A DNA stretch of 52,203 nucleotides, counting the filler, from Bipalium vagum (Eukaryota): NCBI GenBank assembly GCA_037834085.1. It is 3 parts of 3 records of this genome, joined end to end, with 100 filler letters (N's around TTAATTAATTAA, not from the genome) between each part and the next. Parts side by side here need not be neighbours in the genome. Positions count along the whole stretch, not along the records: positions 1 to 16,798 come from JBBMKC010093692.1; 2 more parts are not named here. One strand, given 5' to 3'. Each line of letters begins with the position of its first letter. Position 1 is the stretch's first letter. The position numbers and the translations under genes are program-made. The notes under the pieces are model-generated. The model had not been told where the DNA came from, did no database searches, and saw only the letters and a list, made by a program, of their open reading frames with translations. Below, piece after piece: positions 1-13,339 of the stretch.

Positions 1-15
1 CTTTTAGGAACTTAA

Positions 16-16
<1 letters not shown>

Positions 17-80
<64 letters not shown>
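17..80. repeat. (ATT)n microsatellite
   Basis: Seen directly in the sequence. Confidence 0.95.
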
Positions 81-81
<1 letters not shown>

Positions 82-746
82 TTTATGATTATTTAAAGGA
101 AATAATTTTTTATTAATCAATAATATACAATGCGATCCATATTTTTTGAGCCACCATTTAAAAATACACAATATTTTTACATAATGAATTAAAGTTTAAC
201 TATTTTAATATAAATACATGCTGATGTTAGCTTTATATTTCAGTAAAAAATTATTACAATTAATTATTGGGATAATGTTTTTTTCCGCGTTAGTCAGAAA
301 AAAACATGATGTAACAGACAAAACTACGAAAAAATATTAAATTGCAATTTTTATTAAATCAAAGATTGATTTTATATTTTTCCTTTGAATATTGGTTTTC
401 CACATCCACTCATACAGGAACGATTGAAGAACTGTTCCATGTACTCCTTTCATTCCGACTATTTAAGCTTGAGTTTTCCCGCAAAAAGATGTTTGTCAGA
501 AAAAAACTTAATATCATATTTGGTGTAAAAAACATGACCCAATTGTTGTGTAATTATTCAATTACATTTGTCTTATTAAGTCATTTTTTAAAAAAATGTT
601 CATAGTATTTAAATATTTAATATATTTTAAAGTTTTCATTTATTTATTAATTAAAAATAATTATTATTTACAACATTTAACTGATTGTTACCTTATATAT
701 ATATTTTATTTATAATTTTTTATAATTTTAGAAAATTTTGTTAAAT

Positions 747-900
747 ATGGCTCCGTTATCACTAGATATTAGGAAATTAGTTATTTAAAAATTGAAACAT
801 GGTTGGTCTCAGAAAAAATTTCCAATGAAATTTAATATTTCGAAACAGGCTGTGCAACATATCATACTCAAACTCAAACAACATAATACATTGAAAAATG
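747..900 (+). mobile_element. Tc1-like transposase N-terminal HTH remnant
   Basis: MAPLSLDIRKLVI*KLKHGWSQKKFPMKFNISKQAVQHIILKLKQHNTLKN resembles the first paired-like HTH of Tc1 transposases. It has an in-frame stop and is truncated. Confidence 0.7.
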
Positions 901-1414
901 ATGGAATAATAATAAAACATGATTTTTGGATAGTAATGATCGTTTTTATTTCTAATTTAGAAGAATACTACCAAGAGCCATCAAATTAAATGGAAATCAT
1001 TATTCCAAGCTTTCCACCGACAACAATCAGATTGCCAGAGTTCGTCCTAATGAATGAAAAACCCTGTTAAGAACAAAAGAAAAATGTGAAGCTAATTTAC
1101 AATTACTGTGCATGGTAAACATCGGCAAAGTCGAAGAAAAAGATATTATTGGGTTATCCAAGGGCACAACCCTGTTAACCATAGTAAAATTCATATTCAC
1201 CACAAAAGGATCAGAAGTTTAATAATAATTATAAAATAATAAAAATTTAATTAAAAATAATATTGATAAAAAAGGCAATTTATTATTTTTCTAAAAAGGA
1301 TTTAATCTTAACAATGGAGAAGCTAAATTGCCAAGATTAGATCAGGGTCAGTAAGGAAAGACCGATATAGAATTAAAGATCTAAAAAAGGAATTGACCTT
1401 CCTCATTAATCACG

Positions 1415-1720
1415 CTGGTCTACGATTGATTAGTAGCTTGATCAGAATAATATTTAAGGAATTTGAATCCGAAGAGAATTGCCACAAAAGAGATCTTTAC
1501 ACAATTTTTGTTTGGAGAAATTTGTCGGAAGAAAATTATTATATTGGAAGAAATTTGTAATTCATTTATTTTATGCCCTCAATTATGTGACGGGAGCTTA
1601 TGATGGGTCCTATGCTGTTAGGGGGTTTTTGAGCGAACCGGATTTGGCTCAGCAAACTACCCTTTGGACCTGTCGTCGACAGAATTGGTGAGGCTATCAT
1701 TGTTTTTCTTTGTTTTCTTT
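1415..1720 (+). repeat. Dispersed repeat, copy 1 (homologous to about 12583-12860)
   Basis: Colinear blocks such as attatgtgacgggagcttatgatgggtcctatgctgttaggg...gcgaaccgg vs attatgcgacaggagtaacgatgggtcttgtgctgttaggg...gcgaaccgg, and tggtctac...tgatca. Confidence 0.75.
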
Positions 1721-2030
1721 ATTTATAATTTAATTGATATTTTATTAACATTTTAATTTAATTGTTTAATTGATTATTATTCTTGATTAAGAAATTTGAC
1801 TTTTAGTTTGATCGATTATCGAAACATTTGATTTTGTGATTGTAGACATTTTTATTGACAATTCAATTTGGTTATGTGAAATATTGTAGTTGTTACTTTT
1901 TTATAAAGTGTTATTCTTAGTTGTTTTGATTCATTCATTTGCGTACAGGTTTTGACAAAAGTAAAGTCGTCAGTAAACTTTACGAGCTAAGTGTTACGAC
2001 AGGCTTCATAGTAATTTAATAGTATAACAA

Positions 2031-2509
2031 TATTAAAACTAAGTTGGAATATACCAACCATAAATGAGGACCAGGATCAAGTATTTCCCATGATCTCTAA
2101 TAAATTTAAGCAAGCATAGAGGATATCATCACAACTTAAGACTACAGAATCTACTGAACATTGAAGATGCCATCAATTACAGAAACAAACTCATGATTAT
2201 TTGAGAGTACCTTTCCGTAAAACAGATCAATCAAAATATTGATAATTTACTTGCGGAAAATATCAACAACTATAAATAAAATTTGAAAGTTTCTTAAGTC
2301 TTGCTCAAAAAATCCAAACATCTTCTTCCTGCAATCAAGTCTTCCATACCATCTAAGAAATAGGGACATCAATATTCAACCACTCTCGTCGTCTGATGGA
2401 ATACAAGGAATCGAAGAAAAAGATATTAAGACCAATTTGGAATATACCAACCACAAATGAGGACCGGGATTAAGTATTTCCAAGGATTTCCAATAAACTT
2501 AAGCAAGCA
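2031..2509 (+). repeat. Pair of 86-bp direct repeats (2031-2116 and 2424-2509)
   Basis: ttggaatataccaacca(t/c)aaatgaggacc(a/g)ggat...aagcaagca occurs twice, 393 bp apart. Confidence 0.9.
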
Positions 2510-2535
2510 AAGATAGAGAATATTTCGGGTCTACA

Positions 2536-3240
2536 GTGAATCGGGAACGGAGCAAGTATCACTGCCAAACTATTTCCGGAAGTACTTACGTAAAACTCAT
2601 TATATCCGGACCTCGTATCTCAGAGGTCATTATTATTGCAGCAGGAAATCTGCTGTTGGATATTATCAAAGAATCAGAATACTTGAAACCGAAGAAGAAT
2701 TCGAACCTGAAGTGGCCAGTAATCCCCTAAGAGCATCGGAGAAGATATAGGTATGTGTGGATCAAAGCCTCTGCCAGCGGGAACAATACAAAAATAAAAA
2801 ATACAATAAACGTCAAAATGGTATCACAAAGATCACCAATCGAAAAAGCACCTCTAGCGTTTTCGATATTCACACTAGCTCGTCATTTAGTTCACCAGGC
2901 AGTATTCACCCGGAGGGCTCTTGTATCAAACTACAGATCAAAGCAAGGATAAACGAAACTAAAATTATAGACCAATTAGACGAGTATCGGTACAGAATTC
3001 TTGTCCAAAGTTAATTTGAGGAGAAAATAGTAGTTTGATACGGCCTACCAAAAATGTTCTGTATCCTCGCCATAAATCGATCATAGATCAGTGAACTCCA
3101 CAATCTGGCATTGATGCACTTGACCCGAAAATTACCCAGAGAAGTAATGGAACATTCTTCACTCCATGTGCTGGCTAAGGAATATGGACACATAGACGAA
3201 GATTTATCCCAACAGCTGATGCTTATACCATCAAACAAAT
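2536..3240 (+). pseudogene. Possible degraded tyrosine recombinase (phage-integrase/Xer-like)
   Basis: Motifs in the expected order across three frames: LIISGPRISEV (Arg 2614), LYPRH...SGID (3068), EVMEHSSLHVLAKEYGHIDED (His 3153, Tyr 3183). Contains stops and frameshifts; matched by eye only. Confidence 0.35.
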
Positions 3241-3269
3241 ATGACCTTAATTTTTGGACTTATTAAATC

Positions 3270-3563
3270 TTATGATGATACATTTGTCCCAATGTCTTCA
3301 CATTTTTGCATCAGTACGCGAATGATTATACATGAGTGCGAATTCCTTGTTTCGTAAAATCTTCTAAATTTCAATTGTGTTTCAGAAATACTTCTCTGAC
3401 TTTTGATGGAAAATACTATTATTTTGAATCTTTCTTTCGGCGTAAATTTCTTCATAATTAATGTTTTTTATGTATGTTATTCTGCTAAAACAAAAATTAA
3501 AGTATATTACAATAAAAAAATTATTGATTTATTTCATTAGTAATTGACTTTTGGCCCACCCTG
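3270..3563 (-). mobile_element. 5' fragment of a Tc1/mariner-superfamily element (DUF4817-type HTH, rosa/DD41D-like)
   Basis: TA|CAGGGTGGGCCAAAAG TIR at 3563, followed by MKKFTPKERFKIIVFSIKSQRSISETQLKFRRFY...EDIGTNV. Confidence 0.75.
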
Positions 3564-4116
3564 TACATATAGAGCTTGAAGAGCTGGATAGCTCAGTAAA
3601 AGAACTATTTAAAACTAGAGTAACATTTAACATATCCTAATTATTGAGAAGTATTTGCATTGCTTTGAATATTAAAAGGTATCTAATTGTGCAATTTTCA
3701 GGACGACAGGGTTCTGTGGAGCTCGACTATCCATGAATGACCCGAAAGGGAACTTTTCGTTGATCAAGAAGCCTTACTCAATTCTGAGTCGGGAGAGGTT
3801 TCTTTTTCTTTTATTTATTTTCAATTTTATTCGTCACTAATAGTATTGTTTAGGATTCACAAAATAATAATAAATGTAACAGTAGTCTTCATTGATGCAA
3901 AATTAACGAAAAAATAATCTCTTTCCCATTTGTTGACTAGGGAAGATATACTATAAGGATTCTTTTGTATGATGCAATAATTTAAATTATCTGTATATTT
4001 GTGTCGAAGATAATAATATTGATACTTATGACAAGTTGTGCGGTAAGTGTGGCTTGTTATTTATGGGAGATTGATAGAAGCAATTGCATCAATATATAAA
4101 AAACCCATTATATATA

Positions 4117-4950
4117 TTATATTCGTGCATAAGTTCGTGTAATTTTATTTTTGTGCAAAGAAAAAACACTAATTTCTTGTTTTAACTTAATTGAGTAATT
4201 GAGTTATCTATTTAAATCATTTTAGACTAACTTTCACTTTCAGCACCATCATTAAAATGAAGTGTCAGGTAGATAAAATACAACATTTCCGACATCTACT
4301 CATTTTCTATTTTAATCAACACAACCGATTACATGTTGCGGTTATGGAGAAAAAGCAGACAGTGAACGAACAGCACAAAAGTTGTTTTCGAAATTTAACA
4401 CTAGAAATTTTGATTTAAACGATGCACCTCGGTCAGGCCGACCTAGTGACTTTGATGAAGACTGTTTGAACTACTTCACATTAGCACTTGAAAAACCCAT
4501 GGGTTGTGATCACACTACTATTTCTCGAGATCTACAGAAAATGAAAAAGGTTCAAGAGTTTGGAATATGAGTGTACCTCCCGTTCTCAAAGAATGTCACA
4601 AAATCAACGTGTTTCTTTTTCCGCATCTTTACTAGTTCGCCATCAATTCTCGAACCATCTTTTTGGTCTCAATTTGCAAAGGAAGAAGAAATAACAACGT
4701 GGATGAAGAATTTTTCGACCAAAAATCATCAAGCTTCTTCAAACATTGGATTGAAAAACTGCCAGAACGGTGGAAGGAGATGATCGATTGATGTGGAGAA
4801 TATCTCACCGATTGAGATTGAGATATTTGTTTTTTCTAATGATTTAATAAATTCATTTTGTTATCTGGAATTTTTTACATGGTTTTTATTCTTGATCAGT
4901 ATGCATTTTTTACAATTATAAAAAACGCCCAAACTTATGCACCAACCCAA
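4117..4950 (+). mobile_element. Internally deleted mariner (cecropia-like TIRs)
   Basis: TA-flanked imperfect TIRs (TTATATTCGTGCATAAGTT vs TTGGGTTGGTGCATAAGTT); MKCQVDKIQHFRHLL; FDLNDAPRSGRPSDFDED; GLKN/LPERW tail. Confidence 0.9.
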
Positions 4951-6039
4951 TATATACATATATATGATTAAAAAGTTTAGCAAGTACTGTTTTTAAAAAT
5001 AGAGGAAAACTTTAGAAAAAGGTAAACTTCAGAGTTGCCACAAAGTATTACGTAACATATTTTTAAAAATTTTAATTAAAGTTTTATTTAAAATCAAATT
5101 ATATTTATTGTATTATAATCCTTTATTTTGTTTTAGAACTGTTGTAATTTTGTTGATAAATAATTTTTTTCATTTAGTTGAATTTATAACAGATTCATTT
5201 AATGTATTTGATAAGAAAAAATATTTTTTCAGTGTTCAAACTCTCTTTTGCTTCAATCATATTGACTATCAGTTTGTTGACCCTCTAATGATTATTTTAT
5301 TCATCTTAAGCCTTGCTTTAATTTCTCATGCCTTCCAACTGATGATCTAAGATTCAAGATGTTGTTAACAGTTGCAATCTCATTGCTTTGACAATTAAAA
5401 TTTTATCAAACTAAAACACACAATGATTTTTTATTAAATTAATGAATTTCAGACCTTCTAAAGTGATGAGTATTAATAATTGAATTTTTTCTTGAACAGG
5501 TATAAAATATTTCATCTTTAGAATATAATAAAATTCTAATAGATCTTCAAATTATATTTTTCTGTAAAAAATGATCTTCCATGGCTTATTTTTGGATTTC
5601 TATTTAGATAATCAATTATCTCTTTTCTCCTTTACTGTACGGTATTTGGTTGGTTTAATAGGCATCTTTATATATAAAAAGATGCAAACAGTTATTTAGA
5701 TTACTTAAAAAAGAATTTTTATAATATTGCAAAATACTTAAATATGCAATAAAACTTTGTAAATGGCAATCTTTGGAGAGTTTATCACACAAATCTATAA
5801 GGTAAACCAAGAAATTGGCATGTTTCGTAGGTAAAAAGCTTTAGAATTGACAAGCTATATATATCTTTTTACTCGAGTGTTGAACCAACTATTATTGGTT
5901 TAAAAATTCAGATTAGATAATTGATTTTAACAGTATTGTTATTTTTTAAATTTATTATTATAATTGATTATTGCCCTCTTTATCTTTAATCAAACGTGTT
6001 GTTATCTTTTAACCCTTATTGATTGATAGAAACTTGTAT

Positions 6040-7280
6040 TATTACTTTATTAGTGTTCTGTCAGCATCGTATTGTTAGCAGCTAAATGAAAGTTTAGGAT
6101 AAATAGATTCGAAATATATCAGTGCAGTGAGATTTGGAAAAAGTATTAACTAAATTGAATCTAATAGTGGGGTATTTGTGAGCTCATATTGAGGTTTTGT
6201 GATGACTGTTATTATCGGATTTCATAAAAATTAGTTTGTTAGATATTATTGATTTTCCATGGAGGTATTGTAGAACCTAACCATACAAAGGATCAGAGAG
6301 TCAGATAAGACGTGTTGGCTAAAATTAAAATATTAACAAAATTATCCAGCTATTAGTTTTATTAAATTAGTTTTTGTGGGGCTTGAAAGAGTTTCGAATT
6401 TTATATAACATTTTTCGGACTTGAGAGTGTAATTTAATTATAATTATAAATCTAAATCTTCTAATTTATTTGTTTTCATTTCATTATTTGGTTTGGTAAC
6501 AGAGCTATCAATATAATTATAAGGCAGTTGAAGATACACGTGGACCTTATGTGATATTTTGATTTAGTCACTGGAAATAGTACAAATACAAATAGAGACA
6601 TTGTTTTCATTTGTTATATATTTCGGCACAATATTGATTATTATTAGTATTGTAATGTTGCACATTGAATAAAAACTTTACAGCTACATTTTTATTATTC
6701 CGCTTTGCGTACCATAGCACTAGATTTTTAGAGTCATATCGAGCGCAGGTTTTGGTTAATATTTGCCAAATATAAGTCATTGTCAAGATTTGTGAGGAAA
6801 GTGGTTCGAGGGAAAATCACAATAGTATTAACGATTCAACACAATTACAGGAGAATCATATTGGTGAGAAGGGATTGCGTATTGAAGTGTAATAGAAGTT
6901 TACACTGGGTTTTTTGTCATTATCATAACATGATAGAGGCAAAAAGGTTGAATACACAACATTAGGCGTCAAAACGGTATATAATACAAATAGTAAATCG
7001 GATTTTTTATATCAAGTTTAACAACAGTCAATACCTGAAATACACCATGAAGTGATCGGTAAGGACTGCAAAATAAACTGTGTAAAACAAGATTTGCAAT
7101 GATTATCAGTAATCCCGAGTTATTAGCACCAACATTTTAAAGTCAAATTGTTATTTGATTTAGTAATAGGAAATTTAATTCCAATACTAAGTTTTGGAAA
7201 TATCGAGTAATACGATAATAAACGAAAAGACTATAATTTTAAAGTTGGTAATAAAGTAATGGTAATATCTATAAAGTAAT
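6040..7280 (+). mobile_element. Highly degenerate Ty3/Gypsy pol remnant
   Basis: In order: RT-thumb-like KLVFVGLERVSNFI*HFSDL, zinc-finger-like QENHIGEK, integrase C-terminus YDNKRKDYNFKVGNKVMV (about 7211-7265). Confidence 0.5.
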
Positions 7281-9185
7281 ATCAAAACTACGAGCATCCA
7301 AAATACTTTGATGTGACCGGAGACAGAGCATGACGGTGCGCGCAAATCGATGCAAGAAAGTTGTGGAACAAAAAATGGAAAATAATCAGAGAGCGAAGGA
7401 ACATAGTAGCCAGTGTGAATATTTGAATATATCAGATTGTGTAGCATGAAATTTGTAAAATTATTACCTACATTCATACATTACCTACAACTTTCATACT
7501 ACACAACCTGATGTATACGTTTTGTGTGTGAAATCCACAACAAAAATCTACTGTTACTCTTAAAAAATCAAAATCAGTCTAAAAACCACTGAGAAAGCAA
7601 AAGCAGCTGCAATCAGTACTCAGAAGTCGATGGAGACGGACGACGAATCTCCTGAGCTCACAATAGATTGGTAAACAATTACAGATGTCTGAATTTTATA
7701 AAATTTCGATAATTCAAGAGGAATTTATACCACAAGATTTAGAAGAGGCTGGACGATTATTCTATTCCCCCAAGTCCAATAAAGAAATATCCAGGAAATT
7801 ATATCCAGAGTTAAGTTTATAATAAAAAAGACTTCTGAGACAGATTTTTATTTATTATTTCACTAAACTGTTGTATGAGAGCTATCAAAAATGTTATCTA
7901 AGAAATACGAGCAGGATTCGCTGACTTCTAAAAAGAAAAGGAAGGTTTTTCGTGTATTTGGTTAATATTGAAAACTGTGACATTTAGATTCATAAATGAA
8001 ACAATGAGCTTTATTGGAAATTAATACTTGGGATATGTCAACCATGCGCTAATAATGTACTACATCGAAGAAAATCGGTGGAAATCTACAATAAATAATA
8101 TATATATAAACATGTATAAATGAAATAAAGAACTGCATGTCATATGATGGAACCTAAATACGAATACATGTATTTAGTATTGCACAGAGAGGTATAGTGG
8201 ATGTTCAGAGAAATTTTTATTTCGCGAACTGGAATTAAACATAAGAGATGAAAATGATGGCTTTATTCGTTTGTTGGAAGACCAAATATAAAATACGTAT
8301 GCAAGGACCAAAAGAAAATATATTAAACTGAAAATATAAATTGGTTAAATTCCAAAGAAAAATAACTTTAGGGAAAAACAAAGCATAAGAAGTTAATTTG
8401 GAAAATTTCGGGTTAATTCCAAAAGACTATCCATAAAATTGTTATTGACTATTTAACAATAGATAAGAGAATTATTTATTACTTTCCAAATTTAGATTTA
8501 AAAAATTTTGATTTGGTTCGTAATTCATTTATGTTAACTGATACATCTAAATATGATTTAACTTTAAATGAATAGGAAGAACCAATTTTCCCTTTTAATT
8601 ATCGAGATTTAATTTCAAAGCATTCTGAAGAGTCAATTAATTCATTATAGATGCGATTATTCCATAATAATCAAAAAATTTTTAAATATATTATTATAAT
8701 TTTCTGAATCTTATTTTTCCAAATTCAGATTTAAAACATTAAAGAATATAGAATACAAAAAGATCAGGACTTTTAAATGTAAAAGACAAATTTTGAGTGA
8801 CTTCATCATTTTTACTTTCATGTATAAAAAAGATTTTAAAAGATCATGAAGTTCACATTTCGCAATAATTTGTAATTAATCATTTGATTAATAATTTTTA
8901 ACTCATTCAAGCTTTATTAAATAAAAATTCTTCTTCATTCTTTCAAATTATTTTATTTTACATTGAAAATTATTTTCACAAACTATTTTACAGAATGAAG
9001 TATAGTTAGACAAAAGTTTTTAAACCACCAAATTTTTAAATCATTAAGTCTTTCTCAAAAAAGGTTGAAGATTACTGCTCAAAGTATTAATCCCAAATAA
9101 ACATGATTTGCACACGAAGTAATCAACCAGTGATCACATAGAACAGAAAATATTTAAAAATTTAAATCGAAATTCAGCGAAACTA

Positions 9186-10280
9186 TTAGGTACCGGAATA
9201 CTGAGTGTCGTTTTTGAATTCGACTTTAAATTACTCTTTTATTACCATAAAAAATTTTTTTTAAATAATTTAAATTAATTATTAAAGGTTATAATGTTGT
9301 TCATTGATTTAAATAATATTTTAAAGATATATCTATTTATTAATTTTTAGTAAAAACTATGCCGCGGTCTGATATCAAAATTAGGACGTGTTTACTTTAC
9401 GATTTCAAAGTATTTCTGAAGACCACTGAATCAGCCAAGCCAAATAATAAAGGGTTTGTCAGTGGTACGATCTATGTTTGAGATGCCCAGTGATAATTCA
9501 AGAGGTCCAGCGAAGGCAATGAGATCCTCGAAGATACCCATGGAGAATGACAAATAATTTTATTTGAAGACGAGGTTTTCGTTGAACTTGTCAAGAATGG
9601 ACCCCGCTAGGCTTGAGTTGAAATGGCAAAGTATCTAAACTGTGATGAGTCAACAACACACAAACCGCTTCACAAGTTAAACTATTCAAAGATACTCAAA
9701 TCTTCAACAAGAGAAACCTTTTTGGAAAAGGATCATTACTTGCGATGAAAAGTTTGTCATACATGATAACTTTCGTCGATCCTTGTTGTGGGTTACAAAG
9801 AATTTTTCGGCAAATATATGTCCTAAACCAGACCTACTTCAAATTAAGACCTTAATTACGGTTTGGTAGATATGGATCATTCATCTCGACTATCTACCAC
9901 TTTTTCAAACAATTAAAGCAAATACACGTTGTGCTGAAATTTATAAAGTTCAAGCCAAATTGCAGGAAACCGAAAAGAAATTATCTTGCTGCATGATAAT
10001 ACAAAACCGCATGCCGCAAAAAAGACTCGAGAAAAAATTTCTCATGTAGTCCAAATATTAGCCCAACTGACTATCATCTTTTTTTGATCATATCTAATTT
10101 TTTTCTCTCTTTTTGACTCCAAGGGACCTGAGTTTTAAGTATTTTTTCGCTCATAGATAGGTGGAAAAAAGTACCTAAGTCATTTGGTGATTACGCTGTT
10201 TAATTTTTTTTTTATTGAATAAATTATTTGTTTACTTGAAACTTCTGGGGGGAAAAGATACCCAGTATTCCGATACCTAA
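9186..10280 (+). mobile_element. Degenerate mariner element with both TIRs
   Basis: TA|TTAGGTACCGGAATACTG ... CAGTATTCCGATACCTAA|TA; MPRSDIKIRTCLLYDFK, RIITCDEK, LLHDNTKPH, PTDYHLF. Confidence 0.92.
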
Positions 10281-11987
10281 TATATAGAATAGCAATTTAA
10301 TGATTGTTAGCTCCCACCAGGTATACACTAGCAAAATTTTATTGAATCATAAGATATACAGGCTTTATATATAAGTTCACCTATTATTAGATTTTAAAAA
10401 GAAAATTTGTTCTTGCTATAAGATATGAAAATAATAAATTAGATTCAAATTCATGAAATACCATTCAAGATAAGAAGTATCCTTTCAAATAATATTACGA
10501 TCATCGAACATTAATCAGTTTCTCAAAAGAATCCTTTCGACTAACAATCGATACAAACTTATTACAATTAATTTCGTCACATTACCATAAATAATTATCA
10601 AATAGTTAGTTGCGACATCGAAAGTAATTGATTTTAATATTATTAAATAATCAATAATCAAAGAAATAGATCACAATAAAATATTAATATAATTGAAAAT
10701 AATAAGAATGTTGTGTACTACCGTATCGTCACTGATAAATACTTTAATTAATCTAAATAAGTTATAAATAAGTTAATCCATAAGTTATATACAGAATTTT
10801 CGTTTCTAAGTACTCCTTTCTTTTTTATGTATACGTTTTTATTTTTGGTCTCATTTAAAATTAACAAATATTTTTAAAATTTTGTTTAATTTTATTTAAG
10901 AAACATGTATATAAATGATATTCATTACCTGTCATTTTCAACAGCTCATAATAATGTGAAGACTCAAGAAGAATTATTAATTGTGACAAATTTAATTAGT
11001 GATTTTATTTTAATAAAAATAATAAAAGCATTTTTATGTGATTTTTTCCAATGTAAAAATGAGAAATTCTAAAATATTAAGAATATAAACTCCTAACAAT
11101 TATTAATATTAATATTATGGTTATTATTTTTGTTATTACTATTGGCAATTAATTATAATAAATATAAAAAGGTAAAAATAGAAACAGCTGGATTTCTGAA
11201 AATAGAAGATTAACAAAGAAAATATTATAGAAATCTAAAAAAGGAAAAAGTTTAATGATAAAAATAATATAAGGAAAAAATCTAAGTTTAAAAATAAAAA
11301 TTGTATACGTAATTTAATATAAAAGGTCAAAAAACAATATTAAAAACAGACCATTATAAAAAATCAGAAAAATAACAAATATATCACGCACCTGATCGAC
11401 GATTCGCCTAAAGTCCACATAAATAATTCCAATATCAATACAAATAGTGGATAATATGTTTGAAAAACAACACAAAAAGCAGGCACATATATAATACAAG
11501 GATCACCGCGAAATTTATGACTATTTTGCAAGTAAATATTTTTTGATTTTATTATTATTATTCTTAACTTTGTTATTATTTAACTATTATTTATTATCAA
11601 ACTTGGTAAACTTACACAAGTAAATAAAAATTAACTTAAAATCATATTCTCAGGTAATCAATATTGATTAGGATTACCTTTTTCTTTATTTTTACATTCT
11701 CCCTGCTTCTCTTTTTGTTTGTAATTTACACAGCAGTTAGGGCCTTTCCACAGCTTACAGGATAACTGTGAAAGGATTTAAGAATTCTCATTTAAATTTA
11801 ATTGTCAAACCAAATTTTTACAAATAAAAATATTTGATATAACTCGATTTGTTCTGATTTTATTTTGTTGAAAACAGTTCATAACTACACTTAATAAAGC
11901 CTTCTGATTTAAAAGATATTTTGAGTTTCTACCGACCAATTTCGATATTTTTAACTCCATAAAATAATTTTTAGTAGGAACTTAACA

Positions 11988-11996
11988 ATAACAATA

Positions 11997-12052
<56 letters not shown>
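11988..12052. repeat. (AAT)n microsatellite
   Basis: Seen directly in the sequence. Confidence 0.95.
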
Positions 12053-12582
12053 TTATTTGTGGAACAACCGTTTGCATTTTTTATTTATAAATATATGAAG
12101 TTAAATCTCTCGAGAACTAAAAAAGTTAAAAAGATAAATTATGTTTAATTTTTGGGAACTAATTTTTCTTAAATGACTAATATTTCTTGATTAATTAAAA
12201 ATTTTTTTGATTTTTAACAAGTTGAATATTCTTAATTTTAATTTCTAATAATTTCATATGAGATACATTAATTTATTTATTATAGAATCTTGATAATTTT
12301 TGAAAAAAACCCCTTGTCATTTTTATAATTTTCATCATAATTAAGTTTGTTATTCATTTTTTACTTGTTTCAGGGTATGTATTTTGTTAGCTCAAGACAG
12401 ATGCCTTCAAATTATAAAGACCGCTAAAGAGTCTGGATAGGTAGAATAATAATAATTAAATTATAATAATTATAATATAATTGTTGAGGTTCGATCATTC
12501 TCCTTTTTTTTGTTTTAAAAAATATATTCCTTCAATCAAACCATAGAAAAATATATACGCCTAACATTTTCAATTAAAATTA

Positions 12583-12860
12583 TTGGTCTACAACTGAGTG
12601 GTTGTCTGATCAATATAAAAGGCGTTGGAGTCCTCAATAGACTTCCACAAAGCCAGTAGAGTTTTTGTCGAATTATTATTTTTGTCAGAAGAAGCAATTA
12701 GTGACTATTGTTTATGTTCATTATTATGCGACAGGAGTAACGATGGGTCTTGTGCTGTTAGGGCATTTATGCGCGAACCGGTTCGAACTCATCTAACGAC
12801 TCTAGAACCTATCATCAGCAAAATGGTAAGTTTGGTACATTAGTTTTCCTGTCATTTTCG
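12583..12860 (+). repeat. Dispersed repeat, copy 2 (homologous to about 1415-1720)
   Basis: Same colinear blocks as copy 1; both copies are followed by T-rich sequence. Confidence 0.75.
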
Positions 12861-13339
12861 TTTTGATTAATTAGCATGTATACATTTATTATCGATTTAG
12901 TATTAGTAATTATTGATTTATTGATTATTGCCTTATTATTATTATTTTTATTATTATTATTATTATTATTATTACCTTTTCATTAAACTTGATTCATTTT
13001 TATATTTATCGATTGTTGGAAACATTTGCGAGTTGAGATCAATTTGTTATTTGTTGTGCGTGGATATTTGTTTTATAAATTTTACATCGAAGATCCTACT
13101 CTGGTGCCCTGGTTCAATTTACACAGATTTTGTGAACTTCTTTTTTGGCATAATTTCAAAAAGTTTTTTAAAAAAAATTTTTTTATTAAATGTTATGTAA
13201 TTTTTAATACCAAAATTTTCGAAATCCATTTTCAGCCAGTTTTCAAGTCGACAATTTTTTTTTAAAGTTTTAACTGAATTATAAATATTTATATAGATAC
13301 ATCTAAAAGTTTTAATATGATTTATAGTAAAAGGAAGAG

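Noticed and set aside
6360-6780. Second tyrosine recombinase (VFVGLERVSNF, YHSTR)
   Set aside because: The context fits Gypsy RT-thumb, RNase H and integrase order better.
12583-12630. GIY-YIG-like FYIDQTTTQL on the minus strand (Penelope endonuclease)
   Set aside because: Followed at once by a stop shared with the sister copy, which lacks the motif; no upstream GVY/IY or Cys pair.
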